Source: Acidobacteriota bacterium (GTDB lineage: Bacteria > Acidobacteriota > Vicinamibacteria > Vicinamibacterales > UBA823). From it: a DNA stretch of 64,000 nucleotides. Numbering within the stretch: position 1 is the stretch's first letter; each line of letters starts with the position of its first letter. Made by a program: the position numbers and the translations under genes. Positions 38,617 through 48,156 of this stretch are shown here, in pieces. Under the pieces are notes generated by a model. The model made no database searches. It saw only the letters and a program-made list of their open reading frames with translations, and was not told the origin of the DNA. The stretch spans positions 43,132-107,131 of the forward strand of contig PCAK01000010.1 in the NCBI GenBank assembly GCA_002730525.1, read 5' to 3'.

Positions 38617-39591
38617 ATGGCGGTCATCACCTACCTCGACGCGATCAGCCAGGGGCTCCGCGATGAAATGCGGCGCGACGAGAACGTGATCGTTCTCGGC
38701 GAGGACATCGCGGTCTTCGGCGGCGCGTTCAAGGTCACACGCGGATTTCTCGAGGAGTTTGGCGCGGATCGGGTCATCGACACGCCGATCAGCGAGAGCG
38801 GATTCACCGGCGCCGCGTGCGGTGCGGCGGTCGAAGGCCTGCGGCCGGTGGTCGAGTTCCAGTTTGCCGACTTCATCGCGTGCGCGTTCGATCAGATCGT
38901 CAATTACGCCGCCAAGAACTACTACCGCTGGGGGATTCCGATGCCGGTCGTCTTTCGCGGCCCATCGGGCGGCGGCTTCAGGGGCGGACCGTATCACTCG
39001 CAGAATCCCGAAGCCTGGTTCACGCATGTGCCTGGCCTGAAGGTCGTGCAGCCGGCGACGCCCTACGACGCCAAGGGGTTGCTGGTGGCGGCGATCCGCG
39101 ACAACAATCCGGTCATCTACCTCGAGCACAAGCACCTCTACCGACGGATCAAGGAGGAGGTGCCGGAGGACGACTACGTCGTGCCGATCGGCGTGGCGGA
39201 AGTGAAGCGCGAGGGCTCCGACCTGACGATCGTCACGTACGGCGCGATGGTGCACGAGTCGCTGGCCGTGGCCGAGCGACTGTCGCGGGAGGGCGCCGAG
39301 TGCGAGGTGGTCGATCTGAGGAGCCTGAGCCCGCTGGACCGCGACGCGTTCCTGACGAGCGTCAGGAAGACCGGCCGGGCGCTGGTCGTGCACGAGGCGC
39401 ACCTGACCGGCGGCTTCGGCGGCGAGGTGGCTGCGATCATCGCCGAGCAGGCGTTCGACGCCCTCGACGCGCCGGTGACCCGGGTGGCCGCGCTGGACGT
39501 GCCGTCGCCGTTTGCGGCGCAGCTCGAAGACGCGATGCTGCCGACCGAGGAGAAGATCTACACTGCCGCCAGGGACGTCCTGGAGTATTGA
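38617..39591 (+). CDS. 2-oxoacid dehydrogenase E1 beta
   Basis: GEDI..FGG, DTPISE, EFQFADF, HSQNPE, DAKGLL. Confidence 0.93.
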   Translation: MAVITYLDAISQGLRDEMRRDENVIVLGEDIAVFGGAFKVTRGFLEEFGADRVIDTPISESGFTGAACGAAVEGLRPVVEFQFADFIACAFDQIVNYAAKNYYRWGIPMPVVFRGPSGGGFRGGPYHSQNPEAWFTHVPGLKVVQPATPYDAKGLLVAAIRDNNPVIYLEHKHLYRRIKEEVPEDDYVVPIGVAEVKREGSDLTIVTYGAMVHESLAVAERLSREGAECEVVDLRSLSPLDRDAFLTSVRKTGRALVVHEAHLTGGFGGEVAAIIAEQAFDALDAPVTRVAALDVPSPFAAQLEDAMLPTEEKIYTAARDVLEY

Positions 39592-39598
39592 TGAAACG

Positions 39599-41005
39599 AT
39601 GATCAGAGTCGTCATGCCCCAGATGGGGGAATCGATCGCCGAAGGGACGATCGTCAAGTGGCTGAAGCAGGCCGGCGAGGCCGTCGCGCGTGACGAGCCG
39701 CTGTTCGAGATCACGACCGACAAGGTCGACACCGAGGTGCCCGCGCCCGCGGCCGGGACGCTGGCCGAGATCCTGGTGAAGGCGGGCGAGACCGTCGATA
39801 TCGGCACGGCGGTCGCGACGATCGCCGAGGTCGGCGAGTCCGCGGTGTCGACCCCCGGCACACCGGCCGGTTCGTCTTCGACCGAGCCTGCTCCCCGCTC
39901 TGCTGGAGGCCCCAGCATTCCTTCAACGCTGCAGGAAGGGGCAAGGCCCGCGCCGGCCGCTGCGCCAACACCGGAGACCGGCGACGCACCCGGCGGCCAT
40001 TTCCGCACGACCCAGCCGACCAAGACGGTGTCGTTCAAGCGCGAGGCCACGGCGGGCACCGCGAGCGCGGCCTCGAGCGGCGGCCGAGCGTTCAGTCCGG
40101 CGGTCCTAGCGACGGCAAGGCAGGCCGGCGTCTCCCTGGACACGTTGACGGGCCTCGCAGGTTCGGGTCGCGGTGGTCGCGTCACGAAGCGCGATGTCGA
40201 ACGGCATCTGGCCGACCGCGGTGCCGGCGCGGCGAGCGCAGCGCCCGTGGCTGCTTCCGGCACACCGCCGCCGGCGTACCTCTACCAGCCGAAGCCGGGT
40301 GACGAGCGCGTGGCGATGTCGACCGTTCGGAAACGGATCGCCGACCACATGACCTGGTCGACCCGGATCAGCCCGCACGCAACGGCGATTGCCGAGTGCG
40401 ACATGTCGAATGCCGCGGCGCTGGTAGAGGCGGCCGGCGCGCGGTTCGAGGCGAGTGTCGGCGCGCCGCTGACCTACACGGCGTTGGTCGCCCAGGCCGC
40501 GGTCAAGGCGCTGGGTGAGTTCCGGACGCTCAACGCGTCGGTCGTCGGCGACGAGGTCATCCTGAAACCGGCGGTGAATCTGGGCGTCGCGGTCGCGCTG
40601 CCTGATTCGGGCGAGTTGATCGTGCCGGTGGTCAGGGAGGCCGACGGGCTCTCGCTGGCCGGCTTCGCCAAGGCGGTCAAGGATCTCGCGGTCCGGGCGC
40701 GTTCGCGTCGGCTGACGCCGGACGACGTCCAGGGCGGGACGTTCACGTTGACGAATCCGGGAATCTTCGGCGGCCTGACCGGGACGCCGATCCTGAATCA
40801 GCCCGAGGTTGGGATCCTCGGCCTCGGTGCCGTGACGAAGCGGCCGGTCGTCCTCGATGATGCGATCGCGATCCGATCGATCATGATGATGTCGCTCACG
40901 TTCGACCATCGCGCGGCCGACGGCATGGTCGCCTTCCAGTACCTAGCCCGCGTCCGCGAGCAACTCGAAGCCCTGCCGACCGACCTGGACACGTCCAAGA
41001 TCTGA
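39599..41005 (+). CDS. Dihydrolipoamide acyltransferase E2
   Basis: Lipoyl TTDKVDTEV, E3-binding GSGRGGRVTKRD, catalytic FDHRAADG. Confidence 0.92.
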   Translation: MIRVVMPQMGESIAEGTIVKWLKQAGEAVARDEPLFEITTDKVDTEVPAPAAGTLAEILVKAGETVDIGTAVATIAEVGESAVSTPGTPAGSSSTEPAPRSAGGPSIPSTLQEGARPAPAAAPTPETGDAPGGHFRTTQPTKTVSFKREATAGTASAASSGGRAFSPAVLATARQAGVSLDTLTGLAGSGRGGRVTKRDVERHLADRGAGAASAAPVAASGTPPPAYLYQPKPGDERVAMSTVRKRIADHMTWSTRISPHATAIAECDMSNAAALVEAAGARFEASVGAPLTYTALVAQAAVKALGEFRTLNASVVGDEVILKPAVNLGVAVALPDSGELIVPVVREADGLSLAGFAKAVKDLAVRARSRRLTPDDVQGGTFTLTNPGIFGGLTGTPILNQPEVGILGLGAVTKRPVVLDDAIAIRSIMMMSLTFDHRAADGMVAFQYLARVREQLEALPTDLDTSKI

Positions 41006-41014
41006 GACGCGGGG

Positions 41015-41048
41015 GTGGCGCGGGCCTTCAGGCCCGCGAACGGGCGCT
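41015..41048 (+). repeat. REP-like element GTGG-CGCGGGCC-TTCA-GGCCCGCG
   Basis: Between convergent genes; related copy at 51871-51903 in the opposite orientation. Confidence 0.75.
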
Positions 41049-41508
41049 ACATGCCCGGTAGGAACGGTCGCGAGGCAGTCGACCACGGCCAGGGCGTGCC
41101 AACCAGGATCAGCAGCAACGCGATCCCGAAGAAGATCAGGCTGGCGCGGTGCTTCGCCTTCGGGTCGGCTCCCTTCCGGACGCGCGCGACGCCGATGTGT
41201 GCCAGCGCCAGCGCGGCGACCATTATCGTCGAGTGTTCCACGAGCCAGAACCGCATCACCGGGTTACCCATTGCACTGCCCATGTTCTCGAACGCGGAGG
41301 TCGTGATCCTGCTGAAGAAGAGATACATCATGATGCCCAGGAGCATCTGGACGTCGAGCGACACGGCGAACAGCCGGCCGAACTTTCCGTCGGCCTCTTC
41401 GAAGCGACCGGACGACAGGCCCGAGAACGATTTGTAGATCGCCGCCGCGCCGAGGCCGATGACGACCCAGCGAACGAGGTTGTGCAGAACCAAGGTCAGC
41501 GTCAGCAT
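41047..41508 (-). CDS. Four-TM membrane protein of unknown function
   Basis: LHNLVRW, DVQMLLG, RFWLVEH, GTPWPW; four hydrophobic segments. Confidence 0.8.
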   Translation of the reverse strand: MLTLTLVLHNLVRWVVIGLGAAAIYKSFSGLSSGRFEEADGKFGRLFAVSLDVQMLLGIMMYLFFSRITTSAFENMGSAMGNPVMRFWLVEHSTIMVAALALAHIGVARVRKGADPKAKHRASLIFFGIALLLILVGTPWPWSTASRPFLPGM

Positions 41509-41542
41509 CGGTCAAGGATACAGGAGTCGCGGGCGTCGGGAA

Positions 41543-42697
41543 TCAGGCTTGAACGGCGCGGACAAAGAGGTCGGCCAGCTCAGCGGCCGTGGTCCGGCCC
41601 CACGATTCGTTCACGCCCAGCCGGAAGCCCGACCCGTCGCCGAGCGGTCCCGGCAGCCGCACGTTCTGACGCGCGAGCTGATCGCGGACGGCATTCAGGT
41701 CGGGGTGCCGCACCTTCAGGAGGAAGAGGTTGGTGCCCGCCGGGATCGGCTCGATCATGAACGCATCGTGGGCAACGATCAGCCGCCGCCACTCGTCCGA
41801 CACCGCAACGGCCTTCGCGTATCGCTCTGGGAACCCTCGGAAGTAGTGCATCGCGATCGCAGCGTAGGGCCAGACCTGCGCCAGCCCCCCCCCGAACATC
41901 CGCCGCGTGTGGAACATCTCGTCCAGCAGGTCACGCGGGCCGGCGAGCATCGCGCCCGAAGGCGCATTGAAGTACTTGTAGAGCGACACGTAGACGGTGT
42001 CGAAGCCGCGGGCGTAGTCGGCCACCGGCCGTCCCGAGAACCCGGCCTGCAGGAAGATCCGGGCGCCGTCGAGATGGGTGCCGATCCCTTCGGCGCGGGC
42101 GAACGCCGTGATCCGGTCCATCTCGGCTTCGTCGAACATCTCGCCCGACTTCCGCCGAACCGGGGACTCGATCGAGATAGCCGAGATCCGTCTGGTGACC
42201 CGGCCGCTCGCGGTCCGATCGACCAGCGCCTGCACGTCGTCGAGCGTGAACGTCGCGCGTCCCGGCGCCAGCGGGACCAGCTGAACGTTACTCAGCTCAA
42301 GCGTGTCGCCGGTGTCGTTGTACAGATGGCTCTCGGCCTGGACGATCGCCCGGCTCGCGCCGCCGGCCAGTGCACGGACAGCGAGGTGGTTGGCCAGCGT
42401 GCCGGTCGGCATGAAGACGGCGCGCTCCTTGCCGAGGACCTCGGCGAAGGCCTGTTCCAGCTCCTCGACGACGCCGCCGTTCGAGTAGGAATCCCTCGCG
42501 ATTCCGCCGTCGGCGGAGAGTCGCGACAGGAGTTCGACCGATTCGGGAGGTGTCAGGCCGAGGCCGTCGCCCGACATCCTGATCGTCCGAGCGTCAGGGG
42601 CCTGAACCGCCGTGGCGGGCGCGTCATCGACGGTGAAGCCGAGCGCCGCCGCCGCCGAACCGACCTGAAGGAAATGTCGGCGATCGATCGTGGTCAT
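41543..42697 (-). CDS. Threonine aldolase / beta-eliminating lyase family protein with Tat signal
   Basis: DRRHFL Tat motif; FMPTGTLAN, HLDGARIF, SLYKY. Confidence 0.85.
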   Translation of the reverse strand: MTTIDRRHFLQVGSAAAALGFTVDDAPATAVQAPDARTIRMSGDGLGLTPPESVELLSRLSADGGIARDSYSNGGVVEELEQAFAEVLGKERAVFMPTGTLANHLAVRALAGGASRAIVQAESHLYNDTGDTLELSNVQLVPLAPGRATFTLDDVQALVDRTASGRVTRRISAISIESPVRRKSGEMFDEAEMDRITAFARAEGIGTHLDGARIFLQAGFSGRPVADYARGFDTVYVSLYKYFNAPSGAMLAGPRDLLDEMFHTRRMFGGGLAQVWPYAAIAMHYFRGFPERYAKAVAVSDEWRRLIVAHDAFMIEPIPAGTNLFLLKVRHPDLNAVRDQLARQNVRLPGPLGDGSGFRLGVNESWGRTTAAELADLFVRAVQA

Positions 42698-42788
42698 GGG
42701 TGCTCCTTCGTGTTCCTGTCCGACGAGCCTGCACGGCGAGCTGGCCGATTATACCGGACGTCTCCGGTCGCCGGACTATCATGCACCG

Positions 42789-44045
<1,257 letters not shown>

Positions 44046-44071
44046 GACTTCGCCTCCGGTTAGACCGGCCC

Positions 44072-44464
44072 TCACGCCGCCCAAAAGGTTTTCACCGGAT
44101 ACTTCTGGATGTTCTCGTCGGGCGTGACGATCGTCAGGTCGTGCTCGATCGCCTGCGCGATCAGCAGCCGGTCGAACGGATCGCCGTGGTGCGGCGGGAG
44201 CTTCGAGAGATGGGTCAGCGTACCCTCCTCGAGGCCGAGCGGTGCGATCTGGTGGCGCTCGCGTTGGCGGGGGATGTAGGCGCCGGGTTCCTCCGGCAGG
44301 TCGAGGCGGCCCAAGCGGTGCTTCAGGAGGATCTCGCGCAGCGAGACGACGCTCAGCGCGACGTCATTGGCCGGCGTCCGGATCGCGTCGACGACCTGCT
44401 CGGGCAGAACGGCGCTGCCGGTGATGTACCAGAGGAACGGCGTCGTATCGAGCAGGAGGTTCAT
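44072..44464 (-). CDS. vapC: VapC PIN-domain toxin
   Basis: LLLDT..FLW, SLREI, HGDPFDRLLIAQA, VTPD. Confidence 0.9.
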   Translation of the reverse strand: MNLLLDTTPFLWYITGSAVLPEQVVDAIRTPANDVALSVVSLREILLKHRLGRLDLPEEPGAYIPRQRERHQIAPLGLEEGTLTHLSKLPPHHGDPFDRLLIAQAIEHDLTIVTPDENIQKYPVKTFWAA

Positions 44465-44700
44465 ACGGCGTCGCCATCGGCGTAGGCCGAGGCCGGGACC
44501 GGGCGGTCGAAATCGGGTGGAACGCGAAAATCGTCGCCGCAGAGGCCGGCCGGACGGGGCTGGCGGACGGGTCGGCGGAGTGGCCGGAGTTCGGCGACTG
44601 GGACGTTCCGCTTGGCCAAAAAGATGGTCTCTCCAGCCTCACATCGCTTCAAGTACTCGGAAAGCCTTGCTTTTGCCTCTGCAATATTGACTTTCAACAT
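44461..44700 (-). CDS. Phd/YefM-family antitoxin
   Basis: VNIAEAKARLSEYL...GE...KRNVPVAEL; ATGA overlap with the toxin. Confidence 0.88.
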   Translation of the reverse strand: MLKVNIAEAKARLSEYLKRCEAGETIFLAKRNVPVAELRPLRRPVRQPRPAGLCGDDFRVPPDFDRPVPASAYADGDAV

Positions 44701-44711
44701 GATTAGATAGT

Positions 44712-44735
44712 TGATCATTTATATGATCATGTCAA
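44712..44735 (-). promoter_or_regulatory. TA autoregulatory operator next to TTGACA
   Basis: Inverted repeat TGATCAT-TTAT-ATGATCA (44712-44729) abutting minus-strand TTGACA (44735-44730). Confidence 0.6.
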
Positions 44736-44790
44736 GAGAGGCAAGGCACAGCACTGGCCAGGGTGCCAAGTTAGGAAATTATGAGAAGGA

Positions 44791-44823
44791 CCCTCACACC
44801 GGCCCTCTCCCGAAGGGAGAGGG
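44791..44823 (+). repeat. REP-like element CCCTCACACCGG-CCCTCTCCC-GAA-GGGAGAGGG
   Basis: 9-bp perfect stem preceded by CCCTCAC, a widespread intergenic repeat type. Confidence 0.65.
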
Positions 44824-44850
44824 AGGAATGTAGGGCTTCGCGACGGGTAC

Positions 44851-45063
44851 CTAGCGCGGTACGGCCCCGTATCGCTCCTGGTAGAAGGCGTCGATCTCGG
44901 CGCGCTGCTCGGGCGACATTCCCTCACGCCAGAGATGCTCCGGCATCGCCCGGATCTCCTCGAAGACGGCTTCGATCGAGGCGTTCCCTTCGCCCAGTTC
45001 CTCGGCCTGCGGCAGGAAGTGCGTGTAGAAATTCTCGGCGACCTCGAAGAAGCCGTGCTCCGG
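44851..45063 (-). pseudogene. Orphan 3' gene fragment (70 aa)
   Basis: PEHGFFEVAENFYTHFLPQ...YQERYGAVPR* has coding-like GC3 codon use but no convincing 5' end. Confidence 0.45.
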
Positions 45064-45258
45064 CCGCCTCGCAGACGGACGCAGTGGCCTCAAGATACTG
45101 CACTTCCGCAAGGATCGCACCGATTCAGGGTCGGTTTCCGAAGGCCGCATCCCGTGGATTTCGGCCGGATCCAGCCTTCGGCCCGACGTGGTCGCTCCGG
45201 CCCGGGCGATATAATCCCCACCTGTCATGGGCTTTTCAGAGCCTCGAGGCCGCTCGGC

Positions 45259-46035
45259 GTGCTGACCGATCGTGTCGTCTTCGTGACGGGGGGCGGCCGA
45301 GGCATCGGTCGAGCGACTGCGCTCGCATTCGCGGCGGCGGGCGCCCGCACGGTCGTCGCCGCGCGATCGGTGGACCAGGTCGAGGCCGTGGCGGCCGAGG
45401 TGGTGCAGGCCGGTGGGCGGGCGCTCCCACTGGTCTGCGACGTGACATCGGGTTCGAGCGTGGCGTCGGCGGTCGAGGAAACCGGACGTCACTTCGGTCC
45501 GGTCGACGTGCTCGTCAACAACGCCGGCTACGTCGAGAGCGCTCCGCTGACGCGGGTCACCGACGAGACCTGGAACCGGACGCTCGCAGTCAATCTCACC
45601 GGCACGTTCCTCTGCCTGCGAGCGGTCCTCCCCTCCATGGTCGAACGGCAGCGCGGCCGGGTGATCAGCATCGCTTCCACCGCTGCCGAGATCGGCTACG
45701 CCTACACCGCGGCCTACTGCGCGGCGAAGCATGGCGTGCTCGGGCTGACGCGCTCGGTGGCGCTCGAGGTCGCCGCCAAGGGGGTCACGGTCAACGCCAT
45801 CTGCCCGGGCTGGGTGGATACCGGCATGACCGAGGAATCGATCGCGCGGATCGTCCGAACGACCGGTCGTTCGGCCGACGAGGCGCGCGCGACGCTCGAG
45901 GCGATGAACCCGCAGGGCCGGCTGATCCGTTCCGACGAGGTCGCCGACCTCGCGGTCTGGCTGGCCGGCGATGCGGCCGCCGGTGTTACCGGTCAGGCAT
46001 ACAATGTGGACGGCCGTGAGGTCGCCCCGAGCTGA
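45259..46035 (+). CDS. SDR family oxidoreductase (3-hydroxyacyl-CoA dehydrogenase-like)
   Basis: VTGGGRGIG, NNAG, YCAAK, ICPGWVDT. Confidence 0.92.
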   Translation: MLTDRVVFVTGGGRGIGRATALAFAAAGARTVVAARSVDQVEAVAAEVVQAGGRALPLVCDVTSGSSVASAVEETGRHFGPVDVLVNNAGYVESAPLTRVTDETWNRTLAVNLTGTFLCLRAVLPSMVERQRGRVISIASTAAEIGYAYTAAYCAAKHGVLGLTRSVALEVAAKGVTVNAICPGWVDTGMTEESIARIVRTTGRSADEARATLEAMNPQGRLIRSDEVADLAVWLAGDAAAGVTGQAYNVDGREVAPS

Positions 46036-46050
46036 CCCTGAATTGAGCCA

Positions 46051-46191
46051 ATGCCCGGCATCAAGATCGTCAACCCATCTACGCTTGCCGACCCAAAGGG
46101 CTACAACCACGGCACCAGTGTGCCGGCGGACGGGCAGTTGCTCGAGCCGGGCGCGCGGGTCGAGATTGAAGGAGTGGCGCTGATCTCATGA
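46051..46191 (+). pseudogene. Internally deleted RidA/YjgF family remnant (46 aa)
   Basis: IVNPSTLADPKGYNHG...GQ-LL-EPGARVEIEGVALI: RidA N- and C-termini joined; ATGA-coupled to the next gene; absent from the ORF track. Confidence 0.8.
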
Positions 46192-46985
46192 CGACCATCG
46201 CACCCACGACGTTCGAGTACGCTGAAGATGCGGGCATCGCGACGATCACGCTGAATCGGCCAGAGCGGCTCAACGCGCTCACGTTCGAGGTCTACGCGGA
46301 GCTGCGCGATACGTTCGCCGCGCTCGCCGATCGCGACGAGGTGCGGGTCGTCATCATCACCGGCGCCGGGCGGGGCTTCTGTTCGGGCGGCGATGTGGAG
46401 GCGATCATCGGCGAGTTGCTGAATCGCGACCGCGAGAAGCTGCGCGAGTTCACGAAGATGACCTGCGATGTCGTCCGCAACATCCGGGCGTTGCCCAAGC
46501 CGGTGATCGCCGCGGTCAACGGCGTCGCCGCCGGCGCCGGCGCCGTGATCGCGCTGGCCTGCGATTTTCGGGTGGGCAGCGAACTGTCGAGTTTCGCGTT
46601 CCTGTTCACCAAGGTGGGACTGGCCGGCGCCGACATGGGCGCGGCCTACCTGCTGCCGCGCACGATCGGTCTGGGGCGGGCGACCGAACTGCTGTTCCTG
46701 GGCAACCGCGTGGCTGGCGATGCCGCGTGCCAGATGGGCCTGCTGTCGTGCGTCGTTCCCGGTGACGATCTGTTCGACGAGGCCCATGCGCTCGCTGTGA
46801 AGCTGGCGGCCGGGCCGTCGTCCGCGCTGGCGCGGACGAAGGAACTGATCCAGCGCGAACTGGAGATGCCGTTCGGGGCGGCACTCGATCTCGAAGCCGA
46901 GGCACAGGCCGAGTGCATGGAGTCGCCGAATTTCAAGGAAGCCTACGACGCATTCGTCGAGAAGCGGAAGCCGAACTTCGAGTGA
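46188..46985 (+). CDS. Enoyl-CoA hydratase/isomerase family protein
   Basis: LNRPERLNAL, FCSGGD, PKPVIAAVNG, AFVEKRKPNF. Confidence 0.92.
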   Translation: MTTIAPTTFEYAEDAGIATITLNRPERLNALTFEVYAELRDTFAALADRDEVRVVIITGAGRGFCSGGDVEAIIGELLNRDREKLREFTKMTCDVVRNIRALPKPVIAAVNGVAAGAGAVIALACDFRVGSELSSFAFLFTKVGLAGADMGAAYLLPRTIGLGRATELLFLGNRVAGDAACQMGLLSCVVPGDDLFDEAHALAVKLAAGPSSALARTKELIQRELEMPFGAALDLEAEAQAECMESPNFKEAYDAFVEKRKPNFE

Positions 46986-47011
46986 GCCGCGCCGCCGCCC
47001 GCTGACCCGCG

Positions 47012-48154
47012 ATGCTAACCTTGCCGTTCTTCGACGACGATCACCGGCGGCTGGCCGAGCGGCTGCGGAGCTTCTGCACCGACACGATCGATCCCGGCTT
47101 CGATGATGACGAGGTCGACCCGCTCGCGGCTGGCCGCGAGGCGATTCGCGTCTGCGCGGCCGAGGGTCTGTTGGCGCACCTGGCGCCAGGGTCTCGTCGG
47201 GGCCTGCGCGAGATCTGTCTGATTCGTGAAGCGCTCGCGGCGCGGTCGGGCCTGGTCGATGCGGTCTTCGCCGTGCAGGGGCTGGGGAGCTATCCGATCC
47301 GGCTGGCCGGTAGCGCCGCGCTGCAGGAGCGATACCTGCCGAGCGTCGCCAGCGGAGAGACGATCGCCGCTTTCGCGGTGACCGAGCGGGAGGCCGGATC
47401 GGACCTGCGCGGGATCCGGACGACGGCCCGCGCCGCCGGCGACGCCTACGTGCTCGACGGCTCGAAGACGCTCATTTCCAATGCCGGAATCGCCGATCAC
47501 TACACCGTCCTGGCCCGGACCGGCCCGCCCGATGCGGCGACACCGAGACTGTCGGCGTTCGTCGTCGATGCCGACAACCCAGGCCTGCGTGTCGCCGGGC
47601 AGATTCCCCTGCTCGCGCCCCATCCGATCGGCGATCTGGAATTCAACGGATGCCGCGTTCCGGCCGACCACCGCTTGGGTGCGGAAGGCGACGGCCTGAA
47701 AATCGCGCTGACCACGCTCGACCGGTTCCGGCCCTCGGTCGGCGCCGCGGCGTGCGGCCTGGCGGCCCGCGCGCTCGAGGAAGCGCTGACCCACGTGACC
47801 CGGCGGTCGCAGTTCAGCGAGCCGCTGGCCAGCTTCCAGGCGACGAAGCTGGCGCTCGCCGACATGCAGACCGAACTCGATGCTGCCCGGCTGCTCGTCT
47901 TCCGCGCCGCCTGGCTTGCCGACACGGTCGATCGGCGGACCACGCGCGAGGCCTCGACGGCGAAGCTGTTCGCCACCGAGGCGGCGCAGCGGATCGTCGA
48001 CCGCGCGGTGCAGCTACACGGTGGCCGTGGCGTCGTGCGCGGCGTCGTCGTCGAGCGACTCTACCGGGAGGTGCGGGCGCTGCGGCTGTACGAGGGCACG
48101 TCAGAGATTCAGCGGTTGATCATCGCGGACCAGATGCTGAAAGCCAAGGACTAA
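47012..48154 (+). CDS. Acyl-CoA dehydrogenase
   Basis: FAVTEREAGSD, GSKTLISN, VQLHGG, RLYEGTSEIQR. Confidence 0.92.
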   Translation: MLTLPFFDDDHRRLAERLRSFCTDTIDPGFDDDEVDPLAAGREAIRVCAAEGLLAHLAPGSRRGLREICLIREALAARSGLVDAVFAVQGLGSYPIRLAGSAALQERYLPSVASGETIAAFAVTEREAGSDLRGIRTTARAAGDAYVLDGSKTLISNAGIADHYTVLARTGPPDAATPRLSAFVVDADNPGLRVAGQIPLLAPHPIGDLEFNGCRVPADHRLGAEGDGLKIALTTLDRFRPSVGAAACGLAARALEEALTHVTRRSQFSEPLASFQATKLALADMQTELDAARLLVFRAAWLADTVDRRTTREASTAKLFATEAAQRIVDRAVQLHGGRGVVRGVVVERLYREVRALRLYEGTSEIQRLIIADQMLKAKD

Positions 48155-48156
48155 AG

